Source: Candidatus Woesearchaeota archaeon
GTDB lineage: Archaea > Nanobdellota > Nanobdellia > Pacearchaeales > GW2011-AR1
Direction: 5' to 3'
Assembly (NCBI GenBank): GCA_964606775.1
Contig: CAZSGW010000004.1
Span: 11,337 to 43,336 of the forward strand
Length of the DNA stretch: 32,000 bases
The notes below the pieces were generated by a model. The model was not told the DNA's origin. It searched no databases and saw only the letters and a list, made by a program, of their open reading frames with translations. This document shows, piece after piece, positions 1 through 8,017 of this stretch. Position numbers and translations under genes: made by a program. Position 1 is the stretch's first letter; every line of letters begins with the position of its first letter.

Positions 1-234
1 GACAAAAGGTTAAGAAAACAACATGTAAGAATTCAAACAGATGTTCACGTTTCGGGACATGCAGGGCGAGAGGATTTAAGAGAAATGATTGAAATGATAA
101 AACCCGCCCACATAATTCCTGCTCATGGAACAATAGAACAAGAAATTCCTCTGGTGAATTTAGCAAAAGAAATGGGTTACAAACAAAATAAAACAGTTCA
201 CCTTTCCTCAAATGGAAAAGTTCTAAAAGTATAA
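1..234 (+). CDS. C-terminal fragment of a beta-CASP metallo-beta-lactamase ribonuclease (RNase J / aCPSF2-like); 5' end lies outside the window
   Basis: Frame 1 is open from base 1 to TAA at 232-234. The translation ...IQTDVHVSGHAGREDLREMIEMIKPAHIIPAHGTIEQE... has the SGHA (beta-CASP motif C) and PxHG terminal His motifs with RNase J-like spacing. Confidence 0.6.
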   Translation, partial: DKRLRKQHVRIQTDVHVSGHAGREDLREMIEMIKPAHIIPAHGTIEQEIPLVNLAKEMGYKQNKTVHLSSNGKVLKV

Positions 235-235
235 G

Positions 236-676
236 ATGGTGAATGAAGAAATTTTTTATGGAATAAAAAACGCTGTTGAAAACGGAGAGAGTTTACAATC
301 GGCTATGATGACTTTCATTAATGCAGGTTATCCTCAACGAGAAGTTCAATTAGCTGCTGGAGCGGTTCAGTCAGGACAATCTCCTCAGCCAGTTCAAAAA
401 GAACAAAGTTCTGAAGCCGATTCTACTCATAAATCCGATAAACAAAAATTAGAAAAACCCTCTCAAAAGAAACTTCCATCTATGCCGTCTAATTCTTCAA
501 ATGAATCTCCTCAAAAAAAATCAAAGAAAAAAATTTCGGAATATGGAAAACCTAAAAAACCCTCTAAAGCACTTTTGTTCATCGTAATTTTCCTAATTGT
601 ACTGGTGATTGGAGGCCTTGTAGCAGCTTTTTTATTCAAAGACCAACTTGCAAATTTCTTAGACTCTCTTTTTTAA
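236..676 (+). CDS. Tail-anchored membrane protein with a low-complexity S/P/K/Q linker; function unknown
   Basis: The ORF starts 1 nt after the upstream stop. It has an N-terminal helical motif (GESLQSAMMTFINAGYPQREV), a long polar linker and a single C-terminal TM helix (ALLFIVIFLIVLVIGGLVAAFLF). Confidence 0.5.
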   Translation: MVNEEIFYGIKNAVENGESLQSAMMTFINAGYPQREVQLAAGAVQSGQSPQPVQKEQSSEADSTHKSDKQKLEKPSQKKLPSMPSNSSNESPQKKSKKKISEYGKPKKPSKALLFIVIFLIVLVIGGLVAAFLFKDQLANFLDSLF

Positions 677-677
677 A

Positions 678-1226
678 ATGAATTCAATTTATCAACCCTC
701 TGAAGACTCTTATCTTATGTCAAGAATCCTTAAAGAAGAAATCCCTAAACTATTAAACAAAAATCCGGAATTAAAATTCTTAGAAATTGGCGCAGGTTCT
801 GGAATTCACTTAGAAACAGCAAAACAATCGGGAATAAAAATAGAAAACATTTTTTCTGTAGACATAAATCCTAAGGCTGTAGAACATTGCAATCTTTTGG
901 GATTTCAGTGCATTAAATCAGATTTATTTGAAAATATAATTGAAAAATATGATATCATAATCTTTAATCCTCCTTATTTGCCCGAAGACAAAAACGAACC
1001 CTCTGATTCGAAGATTGCAACAACCGGAGGAAAAAAAGGAAATGAGATTATTTTGAGATTTCTAGAAAAAGCAAAAAATCACTTAGAAAAAAATGGAAAA
1101 ATATTTTTAATAACTTCTTCACTTTCAAAAGATATTGATTTTGAAAAATTAGGATATAAATCAAAAGAAATTGGATGTGAAAAATTATTCATGGAAAAAC
1201 TTTGTATTTGGGAATTAAGTTATTAG
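678..1226 (+). CDS. HemK/Mtq2-like SAM-dependent N5-glutamine (release factor) methyltransferase
   Basis: Contains YQPSEDSYLM at the N-terminus, the SAM motif I LEIGAGSGI, DINP, and the catalytic FNPPYLP (NPPY) motif. The 182-aa size fits archaeal Mtq2 homologues. Confidence 0.75.
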   Translation: MNSIYQPSEDSYLMSRILKEEIPKLLNKNPELKFLEIGAGSGIHLETAKQSGIKIENIFSVDINPKAVEHCNLLGFQCIKSDLFENIIEKYDIIIFNPPYLPEDKNEPSDSKIATTGGKKGNEIILRFLEKAKNHLEKNGKIFLITSSLSKDIDFEKLGYKSKEIGCEKLFMEKLCIWELSY

Positions 1227-1270
1227 ATTATAATAGGAATCTTTAAAAAAATTATAATTAATTTAAATTA

Positions 1271-1576
1271 ATGCCCGGAAGAATAGATCAATCAGGAAAT
1301 ATCTTTTTGTATTTAAGTAATCAGGAAATTAGAGAATTCCCTCAAAAAAATATAGAAGGAATTTTAATAAAAGAACCTAAGATAAAAAGACAGGGAAAAT
1401 ATAATTTATGTTTTGATCTAAAAATTTCTGGAATAAAGACAAAAGAAGAATCTCTGGAGATTAAAAATAATTTTTATTTAGAAGTTTTATTTGGAAGACA
1501 ATCTTTAAATGATTTAAAGGAATTTAGAAAAGCTTATTCTAGAATCTCTACAGGAGGGAGAGATTTTTGTATATGA
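1271..1576 (+). CDS. Hypothetical protein, possibly frameshifted (see finding at 1513-1681)
   Basis: ORF only, with no recognisable motif. A 50-codon open continuation exists in another frame past its stop. Confidence 0.35.
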   Translation: MPGRIDQSGNIFLYLSNQEIREFPQKNIEGILIKEPKIKRQGKYNLCFDLKISGIKTKEESLEIKNNFYLEVLFGRQSLNDLKEFRKAYSRISTGGRDFCI

Positions 1577-1681
1577 AATTGAATCTTTAGATAATCTTCA
1601 AAAAATAGTTTTAGAAGATATTAATTTTTATATAGAAAACAGGGAAAAAATTTCAAATAAGTTTGACTAAATTATTAATGT

Positions 1682-2512
1682 CTATCTCCTAATATCCTTC
1701 CAACCTTTTCCAGAATTTTTTAACTTTTTTAACTGAGGATATTTGTCTTCAAAAACAGGTTTTGCTTGTTGATAAAAAATTCCCAAAGGAATCTTATTAA
1801 TTCTGTTGTAATCAAATTCTTCTGCTTTTTTCATTGCTGCTTCAAAATCATCTTTTCTATGTCTCATTTCTTGTAAATTATAAGTGTATTTTTTATAATC
1901 TGTATCTGGATGAAAAATAATGCAAGGTTGTATAACTTCAATAAATGCAAAACCTTTGTGTTTAAATGCCTCTTCTAAGATATTTTCTATTTGCTTAACA
2001 TCAGCAAAAACTCTTGCAACAAAACTCGCACCAGAAGCCAACATTAATTTAATTGGATTCAAAGGTTTTGTCTGCACTCCTTCTGGAGTTGTTTTATCTT
2101 TAAAACCTTGCTCTGTTGTAGGGGTTGGTTGTCCAACAGTTAAAGCAAAGACCTGATTATTATGAACTAAATATTTTATATCTGAATTATAACGCGCAGC
2201 ATGAATTAAATGAGAGATACCCTCGCCATAACAATCTCCATCACCAGAAAAACCCAAAACATTCAAGTTAGGATTTCCAACTTTCAAACCTAAACACGTC
2301 GGTAAAACTCTTCCATGTAAAGTATTCAAACCATTCAAATTCACATAATCATACATTTTTGCATGACAACCTATTCCAGTTACCATTGCCCATTTTTTCC
2401 TATCTGCTTCTGTTTTAATTCTCGATTCCAAAAACTTTTTCACACCTGCAAGTATCTGAAAATTAGGACAACCCGGACACCATGTTGGTTTTGTTGAAGT
2501 GCTTATGTTCAT
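1682..2512 (-). CDS. 2-oxoacid:ferredoxin oxidoreductase, beta (TPP-binding) subunit
   Basis: Contains N-terminal WCPGCPNF Cys ligands and the TPP-binding GDGDCYGEG...N motif. ATGA overlap with the upstream alpha subunit, and GGAGG lies 5 nt upstream of the ATG. Confidence 0.85.
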   Translation of the reverse strand: MNISTSTKPTWCPGCPNFQILAGVKKFLESRIKTEADRKKWAMVTGIGCHAKMYDYVNLNGLNTLHGRVLPTCLGLKVGNPNLNVLGFSGDGDCYGEGISHLIHAARYNSDIKYLVHNNQVFALTVGQPTPTTEQGFKDKTTPEGVQTKPLNPIKLMLASGASFVARVFADVKQIENILEEAFKHKGFAFIEVIQPCIIFHPDTDYKKYTYNLQEMRHRKDDFEAAMKKAEEFDYNRINKIPLGIFYQQAKPVFEDKYPQLKKLKNSGKGWKDIRR

Positions 2513-3993
2513 ATCCTCCTCCCTATTTCCTTTTTTAATTCATCTGCAAAAAAAGGTCTTGCATCATATTTCAAAATTTTCTTTTTAATTTCAATTCCCA
2601 TTTTCTCTCTAATTAAATCACCTAATTGTCCAGTTGAATTATTCTCAATTAAAATTAAATTTCCTTTCAACTCCTTAATAACTTTCTCTGGAAACGGCTC
2701 AATATATTTTAATTGAATTGCTTTAACATCTAAATCCTTTATTGCATCTAAAATTGCACCTTTCGTAGAGCCCCAAAAGACAACAACATTTTTTGATTTC
2801 TTTTTTCCATACACCGAATATCTCGAAAATTTCTTAGATTCTCTTTTAATTTTCTCACCTGTTTTCTTTCTTTCATTAATATTTTTAACAACAATTTCAG
2901 GATTTTCTGTAGCCGAACCTTCGGAATCCTTTTCATAAGAATTGTATCTTTTCAATTCGATTTTCTTAGGAATTTTCACAATTTTTGGTTTTTCTTCAAA
3001 TGCATAGTAACTCTCCCCTAAATGTTTATCTGAAATAATAATCCCAGGAGAAGAGTATTTTTGAGATAGGTAAAAAACCTGGTTCATTAATTCCTTTGCT
3101 TCTTTTGGATCTCCCGGAGCAACAACAATTCTATTAAATTCTCCGTGTCCTGCATGCCTTGCAATATTCAAATCTCCCTGAGCAGTGTAAGTTGCTACAC
3201 CAGTTGCCGGTCCAGGTCTTTGAGCTAAATAAAAAACCAAGGAAACTTCAGCCATTCCAGATAAGCTTAGTGTCTCAGTCATCAAATCAAAACCTCCTCC
3301 GGAGGTCGATACCATCGTCTTAGCACCAGTCATAGCACATCCAATCCCTGCATTCGCGACTGCAATCTCATTTTCTAATTCAATTGTAATGATATTTTTC
3401 TTCTTCTCTTCCTTTGCCAACTCTCCAATAACAGGTGTTGCAGGAGTCATAGGATAAGCAAAATGAACATCTAAGCCCGATTTAATCGCCCCCTCTGAAA
3501 TGCTCTGAGAGCCATTCTCAAAATAAAGTCCTTTTTTCTTCGAATTAATTTTACAGATATTTTTGTTTTCTTTTTCGTAACCTTCCAATGCGAATTTTAT
3601 ATTTTCAGTATATCTTTTTTCTTTTTTCAGGAGTTTATCCAGAGACTTAAAATCCATGCCGAGCAACTTAAAGAGTTGCCCTAAATAATATGCATTTTCT
3701 TTATGACCCTCCAAAACAATTCCTTCTTTGTTTAAATTTTTATTATGGATTGTCTTGGTGTTTTCATCCAAGCAAACCAAGACGTCAATTTTAGAATCAT
3801 TCGAAGAAACTTTCTCTCTCGAAAAAGTCAAAACATTAAAATTGTGTCCTCCTCTTATCAAGCTCTGATAGTCTCTAGAAAAAAATACATATTGACCTCT
3901 TTCAACTAATGCCTCTCCCAATATTTCTGTCAAAAAATTAGGACCCGTTCCTGCAGGACCTCCAATCAAAATATTATACCTCTCTTTTACCAT
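2509..3993 (-). CDS. 2-oxoacid:ferredoxin oxidoreductase, fused gamma-alpha (a-type) subunit
   Basis: The N-terminal gamma-like domain (ILIGGPAGTGPNFLTEILGEAL...GGHNF) is followed by an alpha-type core (HFAYPMTPATPV, MTGAKTMVSTSGGGFDLM). No delta/ferredoxin subunit gene is adjacent, as in two-subunit archaeal OFORs. Substrate cannot be assigned. Confidence 0.85.
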   Translation of the reverse strand: MVKERYNILIGGPAGTGPNFLTEILGEALVERGQYVFFSRDYQSLIRGGHNFNVLTFSREKVSSNDSKIDVLVCLDENTKTIHNKNLNKEGIVLEGHKENAYYLGQLFKLLGMDFKSLDKLLKKEKRYTENIKFALEGYEKENKNICKINSKKKGLYFENGSQSISEGAIKSGLDVHFAYPMTPATPVIGELAKEEKKKNIITIELENEIAVANAGIGCAMTGAKTMVSTSGGGFDLMTETLSLSGMAEVSLVFYLAQRPGPATGVATYTAQGDLNIARHAGHGEFNRIVVAPGDPKEAKELMNQVFYLSQKYSSPGIIISDKHLGESYYAFEEKPKIVKIPKKIELKRYNSYEKDSEGSATENPEIVVKNINERKKTGEKIKRESKKFSRYSVYGKKKSKNVVVFWGSTKGAILDAIKDLDVKAIQLKYIEPFPEKVIKELKGNLILIENNSTGQLGDLIREKMGIEIKKKILKYDARPFFADELKKEIGRRI

Positions 3994-4059
3994 TTTACTA
4001 CAATCAAATTTATATACAAACCAGATTTTTAATGGTTATAAATTTTTGGTATTTAAAAG
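3994..4059. promoter_or_regulatory. AT-rich divergent promoter region between the oxidoreductase operon (-) and mre11-rad50 (+)
   Basis: This 66-bp spacer has TATA-like octamers on both strands (TTTATATA at 4009-4016, TTATAAAT at 4036-4043, TTTTTAAT at 4026-4033). Neither gene has an SD motif. Spacing to the ATGs is slightly short for a textbook leaderless promoter. Confidence 0.35.
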
Positions 4060-5220
4060 ATGGTAAAATTTGCTCATATTTCGGATGTTCATTTAGGAGG
4101 GTGGAAGCAACAGCCCATGCAAGATTTGAATTTCCAATCTTTTAAAAAAACAATCGACATTTGCCTAAATTCAAAATTGGACTTTATTCTTTTTTCAGGA
4201 GATTTATTCGATTCTGCTTACCCTCCCATAGAAATTCTAAAAGAAACATTTGCTCAATTTAAGAGATTGAAAGATGCAAATTTACCCTGTTTCATAATTG
4301 CAGGTTCTCACGATTACTCTGTCTCGGGAAAAACTTTTTTGGATGTTCTGGAAAAAGCAGGGTTCTGTAAAAATGTTTTTGATGCGGAAGAAAAAGAAGA
4401 CAGAATTTTGTTGAATCCTCATCTACACGGAAACGTAGCTATCTATGGTTATCCCGGAAAAAAATCGGGTCTAGAAATGCAAGATCTTAGAAAAATAAAA
4501 CTTAACGAAGCTCCGGGAATGTTCAAAATTTTTATGCTACACACTACAATAGAAGAAGTTGTAGGGAATGTCCCAATGGACTATCTCAAATCAAATGAAT
4601 TACCCTCTGCAGATTATTATGCTTTGGGACACATACATCTTCTTTATAATAAAAAAGGATTCGTTTATCCTGGCCCTCTTTTTCCAAATACCTTCAGAGA
4701 ACTTGAAGATTTAAAACAAGGTAGCTTTGTTCTTGTAGATACCGACTCGATTGAGCAAGTAGAATTTATCAAAATTCCTACAAAGGAAATAGAGAAGGTA
4801 AATATAGAAATACAAGACGGCCTTCTTGCAACAGAACAGATAATTTCCGAACTTAAAAAAAGGAACCTTAGAGACAAAATTATTTTGTTAAGGATTAAAG
4901 GCGAGCTAATTAGAGGTAAAAATTCTGACATAAAATTTTCTCAAATTCAGGATTATGTAGATTCACAAGAGGCATATTTTCTTTTAAAAAACACTCACGA
5001 TCTCAAAACCAAAGAAACAGAAATGGAATTGGAAGTAAATACCGACGAAGATGTTGAAGAGGAAACAATCAAATGCTATTCTGAACAAAATCCTTCTGAT
5101 CTTAACTCTTTATTGCCCCAATTAATAAATGCCCTCTCTCTAGAAAAACAAGAAGATGAAAAAAATGAAACTTTCAATCAACGTCTATTGGATGAATCTC
5201 GGAGGGTTTTAAAATTTTAA
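4060..5220 (+). CDS. mre11: Mre11 DNA double-strand-break repair nuclease
   Basis: The calcineurin-like phosphoesterase motifs occur in order: HISDVHLG, GDLFD, GSHD, MLHT, GHIH. It sits immediately upstream of rad50. Confidence 0.85.
   Translation: MVKFAHISDVHLGGWKQQPMQDLNFQSFKKTIDICLNSKLDFILFSGDLFDSAYPPIEILKETFAQFKRLKDANLPCFIIAGSHDYSVSGKTFLDVLEKAGFCKNVFDAEEKEDRILLNPHLHGNVAIYGYPGKKSGLEMQDLRKIKLNEAPGMFKIFMLHTTIEEVVGNVPMDYLKSNELPSADYYALGHIHLLYNKKGFVYPGPLFPNTFRELEDLKQGSFVLVDTDSIEQVEFIKIPTKEIEKVNIEIQDGLLATEQIISELKKRNLRDKIILLRIKGELIRGKNSDIKFSQIQDYVDSQEAYFLLKNTHDLKTKETEMELEVNTDEDVEEETIKCYSEQNPSDLNSLLPQLINALSLEKQEDEKNETFNQRLLDESRRVLKF
5201..5206 (+). promoter_or_regulatory. Shine-Dalgarno-like GGAGGG inside the 3' end of mre11, positioned for rad50 initiation
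   Basis: GGAGG ends 8 nt before the in-frame ATT at 5214. Comparable spacings are 6 nt for the TrmB-family gene and 7 nt for aCPSF1 in this window. Confidence 0.5.
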
Positions 5221-7259
5221 TAAAAAAAATTAATTTAAATAATATCCGAAGTTACGAACAACAAGAAATAAATTTTCCAAAAGGTTCAACCCTCCTTTCA
5301 GGAAATATTGGTTCGGGAAAAACATCTATCTTATTAGCGATAGAATTTGCTTTGTTTGGTTTACAGCCTGGACAAAGAGGAAATTCTCTGCTGAGGAACG
5401 GCTCTGAACAAGGAGGAGTGTCGTTAGAATTTGAGGTAGACGGAAAATCAATAATCTTAGAAAGAACTCTTAAACGAAAAAAATCTATATCTCAAGATTA
5501 TGCTTCGATTACCATAGACGGAGAGAAACAAGAACTCTCTGTAACAGAATTAAAAAACAAAGTCCTTGAATTATTAAATTATCCTCGGGAATTTTCTAAA
5601 AAACAAAATATTTTGTACAAATTTACTGTCTATACTCCTCAAGAAGAAATGAAACAAATAATTTTGCAAGACGCGGAAACGAGAATAAATACTTTGAGAC
5701 ATGTTTTCGGAATAGATAAATACAAGAGAATTTTGGAAAATACTTCCATACTACTCTCTAAAATACGTGAAGAAAAAAGATTGAATGAAGGGAGAATCTT
5801 AAATTTAGAATCTTATAAGAACGAACTGATTTCTAAACAAAAAGGATTGGAGGAAAAAAAGAAAGCTGTTTTAGAAGCTGAGGCAGAATTTATCTTTAAA
5901 AATGATTTAAGGAAGAAAGCTGAAGCCGAACTGGAAGAAATTTCAAAACAGAGGGAAGAGAAATTAAGATTAAAACAGGAAATAGAGAAAACAAAAATAC
6001 TGCTTTCCACAAAAAATTCTTCTGTTTATGAAAACAAAAAAAATATGGAACAAATTAAATCCCAAATTGAAGATTTAGATAAAATTCAATTTGAAGAATC
6101 AAAACTAAAAGTCCTGGATGAAGAAATTGTCTCCTTAAACAAAAAAAAGCAGGAAACAAACGAAAAAATTTTGGAAATTTCAAGCACAATCTCTTCGCTT
6201 AATTTACAAAACGAGGAACACAAAAAAACAAAAGAAAAAATTGTCCATCTTGATAGTTGTCCAACGTGTTTGCAAAATGTAGATTCAGTTTACAAGTCAA
6301 ATGTTGAATTAAAGCTGGATTCGAGTATCTCAGAAAATATAAACAAAATAAAATCACTTCAATTAGAAAAGATAAATTTTTCCAAAGAACATTCGAAGAT
6401 AGAAGAACAAATAATAGAGAAACAAAAACAAATAAATGAATTGAACTTAATTAAAGTCAAACTTGAATCTTTAAACGAAAAAAAGCAGAAACTTTTGGAA
6501 TTGGAAAATTACCAAATTTCTCTTGAAAAAGATATAGGTTTGCTCAACTCTCAATTAAGCACGCTGAAAGAATCTATTTTAGACATAAATAAATACGATT
6601 TGTTATTTCAAGAAAAACAAAAAAAATTGGAAGAATCTTTGAAACAAGAAAAATTAACCGAAATTAAGATAGCTGAATTAAAGAAAGAAGTTGGGTTTTT
6701 TACAACTCAGATTGAGGATTTAAAAAATAAGATTTCAGAAATAGAATCAATAAGATCTCATGTAATTTATCTCTCTGAATTGGAAGAATGGGTTTCTAAA
6801 AAATTTCTCCCTCTTATTTCAAATATCGAGAGGAACGTTATGAATAAACTTAAGAAGGAATTCTCTTCGTTTTTTGCGGAATGGTTTTCAATGCTGGTTG
6901 CAGATAATTTTAATGTCGGATTGGACGATAATTTTACTCCAATTATTGAACAGCAAGATTATGAAATTGATTATGCCCATCTCTCTGGAGGCGAGAGAAC
7001 AGCTGTTGCTTTGGCATATAGACTTGCTTTGAACCAGGTTATAAATTCTGTTATAAGTAAAATAAAAACAAAAGACATCGTAATTCTCGACGAGCCCACA
7101 GACGGATTTAGCGAAACTCAACTAGACAAAATGCGAAGCGTTTTAGAACAGCTCGATGTTGCCCAATTAATTGTAGTTTCTCACGAACAAAAAATAGAAG
7201 GTTTTGTGGATAATGTGATTAAATTCAGAAAAGAGAAAGGAATCAGTGTTAATGACTAA
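5214..7259 (+). CDS. rad50: Rad50 ATPase (short coiled-coil form); start codon non-canonical or uncertain
   Basis: Walker A GNIGSGKTS is encoded at 5301-5327. Other motifs are the zinc hook CPTC, the signature LSGGERTAVALAYRLAL, Walker B IVILDEPT and the H-loop VVSHE. The frame is open from 5196 and the first ATG/GTG/TTG is at 5352, after the P-loop. Confidence 0.85.
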   Translation: MLIKKINLNNIRSYEQQEINFPKGSTLLSGNIGSGKTSILLAIEFALFGLQPGQRGNSLLRNGSEQGGVSLEFEVDGKSIILERTLKRKKSISQDYASITIDGEKQELSVTELKNKVLELLNYPREFSKKQNILYKFTVYTPQEEMKQIILQDAETRINTLRHVFGIDKYKRILENTSILLSKIREEKRLNEGRILNLESYKNELISKQKGLEEKKKAVLEAEAEFIFKNDLRKKAEAELEEISKQREEKLRLKQEIEKTKILLSTKNSSVYENKKNMEQIKSQIEDLDKIQFEESKLKVLDEEIVSLNKKKQETNEKILEISSTISSLNLQNEEHKKTKEKIVHLDSCPTCLQNVDSVYKSNVELKLDSSISENINKIKSLQLEKINFSKEHSKIEEQIIEKQKQINELNLIKVKLESLNEKKQKLLELENYQISLEKDIGLLNSQLSTLKESILDINKYDLLFQEKQKKLEESLKQEKLTEIKIAELKKEVGFFTTQIEDLKNKISEIESIRSHVIYLSELEEWVSKKFLPLISNIERNVMNKLKKEFSSFFAEWFSMLVADNFNVGLDDNFTPIIEQQDYEIDYAHLSGGERTAVALAYRLALNQVINSVISKIKTKDIVILDEPTDGFSETQLDKMRSVLEQLDVAQLIVVSHEQKIEGFVDNVIKFRKEKGISVND

Positions 7260-7325
7260 TCCGAAAACTTTATAAAATAATTCCTACATAGAAATATATA
7301 TTCTAGAGGATTATTCTAATCTAAA

Positions 7326-7994
7326 ATGGATGACGATTTTAAAAAAAATATTTTGAAGACAGGAACAACTATTCTGGGGATTGTTTGCAAAGACGGAGTT
7401 GTAATGGCTTCAGACAGGCAGTCAACTGCTGGAACAATTGTTATGAATAAAAATTCCGAGAAAACAAAACAAATAAACGACTACATCTTAATTTCTGGAA
7501 CTGGAATTGTTTCAGATATACAAAGAATAGCAAAAGTACTGCCGGCTGAATTAAGATTAAAAGAACTTCGTTCTAAATCAAGACCAACAATTAAACAAGC
7601 TGCAAGTTTATTAGCAAATATTTCTTATTCCGGAATAAGACAACCTTCAATGATTCCTCAACAAGCAGGATTTTTAGTTGGAGGATTTAATGAGGATGAA
7701 ACAATGGAGTTATATTCTGTAGAACCTTCAGGGAGCATAACTGAAGTAGATGAATACGATGCTAACTTTGGTTCAGGTATGCCTTATGTTTTAGGACTTT
7801 TAGAAAGACAATATAAAAAAGATTTATCTATTAAAGAAGGAATTGAATTAGCAAAAGAAGCTTTGAAATCTTCAACACAAAGAGATGTTGGTTCGGGTTA
7901 TGGAATTGATATTTTTACAATAACTAAAGAGGGAATTAAAAAAGAAGTAGAACAAACAATTGAACCAGATTATCAAGACGATAAAAAACAATAA
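7326..7994 (+). CDS. psmB: Proteasome beta subunit
   Basis: A propeptide is followed by G|TTILGIVCKDGVVMASDRQSTAG (active-site Thr1 context). The 222-aa length is typical. Confidence 0.9.
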   Translation: MDDDFKKNILKTGTTILGIVCKDGVVMASDRQSTAGTIVMNKNSEKTKQINDYILISGTGIVSDIQRIAKVLPAELRLKELRSKSRPTIKQAASLLANISYSGIRQPSMIPQQAGFLVGGFNEDETMELYSVEPSGSITEVDEYDANFGSGMPYVLGLLERQYKKDLSIKEGIELAKEALKSSTQRDVGSGYGIDIFTITKEGIKKEVEQTIEPDYQDDKKQ

Positions 7995-8004
7995 TCATAC
8001 TTTT

Positions 8005-8010
8005 AGAGGT
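8005..8010 (+). promoter_or_regulatory. Shine-Dalgarno-like AGAGGT for aCPSF1
   Basis: GAGGT lies 7 nt upstream of the ATG at 8018. Confidence 0.45.
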
Positions 8011-8017
8011 AATTTAA

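Noticed and set aside
1513-1519. T TTA AAG slippery heptamer as a -1 programmed frameshift site for the 1271-1576 ORF
   Set aside because: The -1 frame hits TAG at 1525-1527 almost immediately. The long open continuation is in the +1 frame, so this heptamer does not explain it.
1920-2936. Track ORFs 1920-2156 (+) and 2748-2936 (-) inside the oxidoreductase genes
   Set aside because: One is antisense and the other is an alternative frame within strongly motif-supported genes. Their composition is typical of shadow ORFs in AT-rich coding DNA.
4665-7121. Track ORFs 4665-4931, 5813-6010 and 6888-7121 (all -) inside mre11/rad50
   Set aside because: They are antisense shadows of K/E-rich coiled-coil coding sequence, giving S/F/L-rich translations. 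They have no start context.
5352-7259. The track's TTG start at 5352 for rad50
   Set aside because: It would delete the Walker A P-loop (5301-5327) and the conserved N-terminal strand, which are encoded in the same open frame upstream. The real start must lie at or before about 5229.
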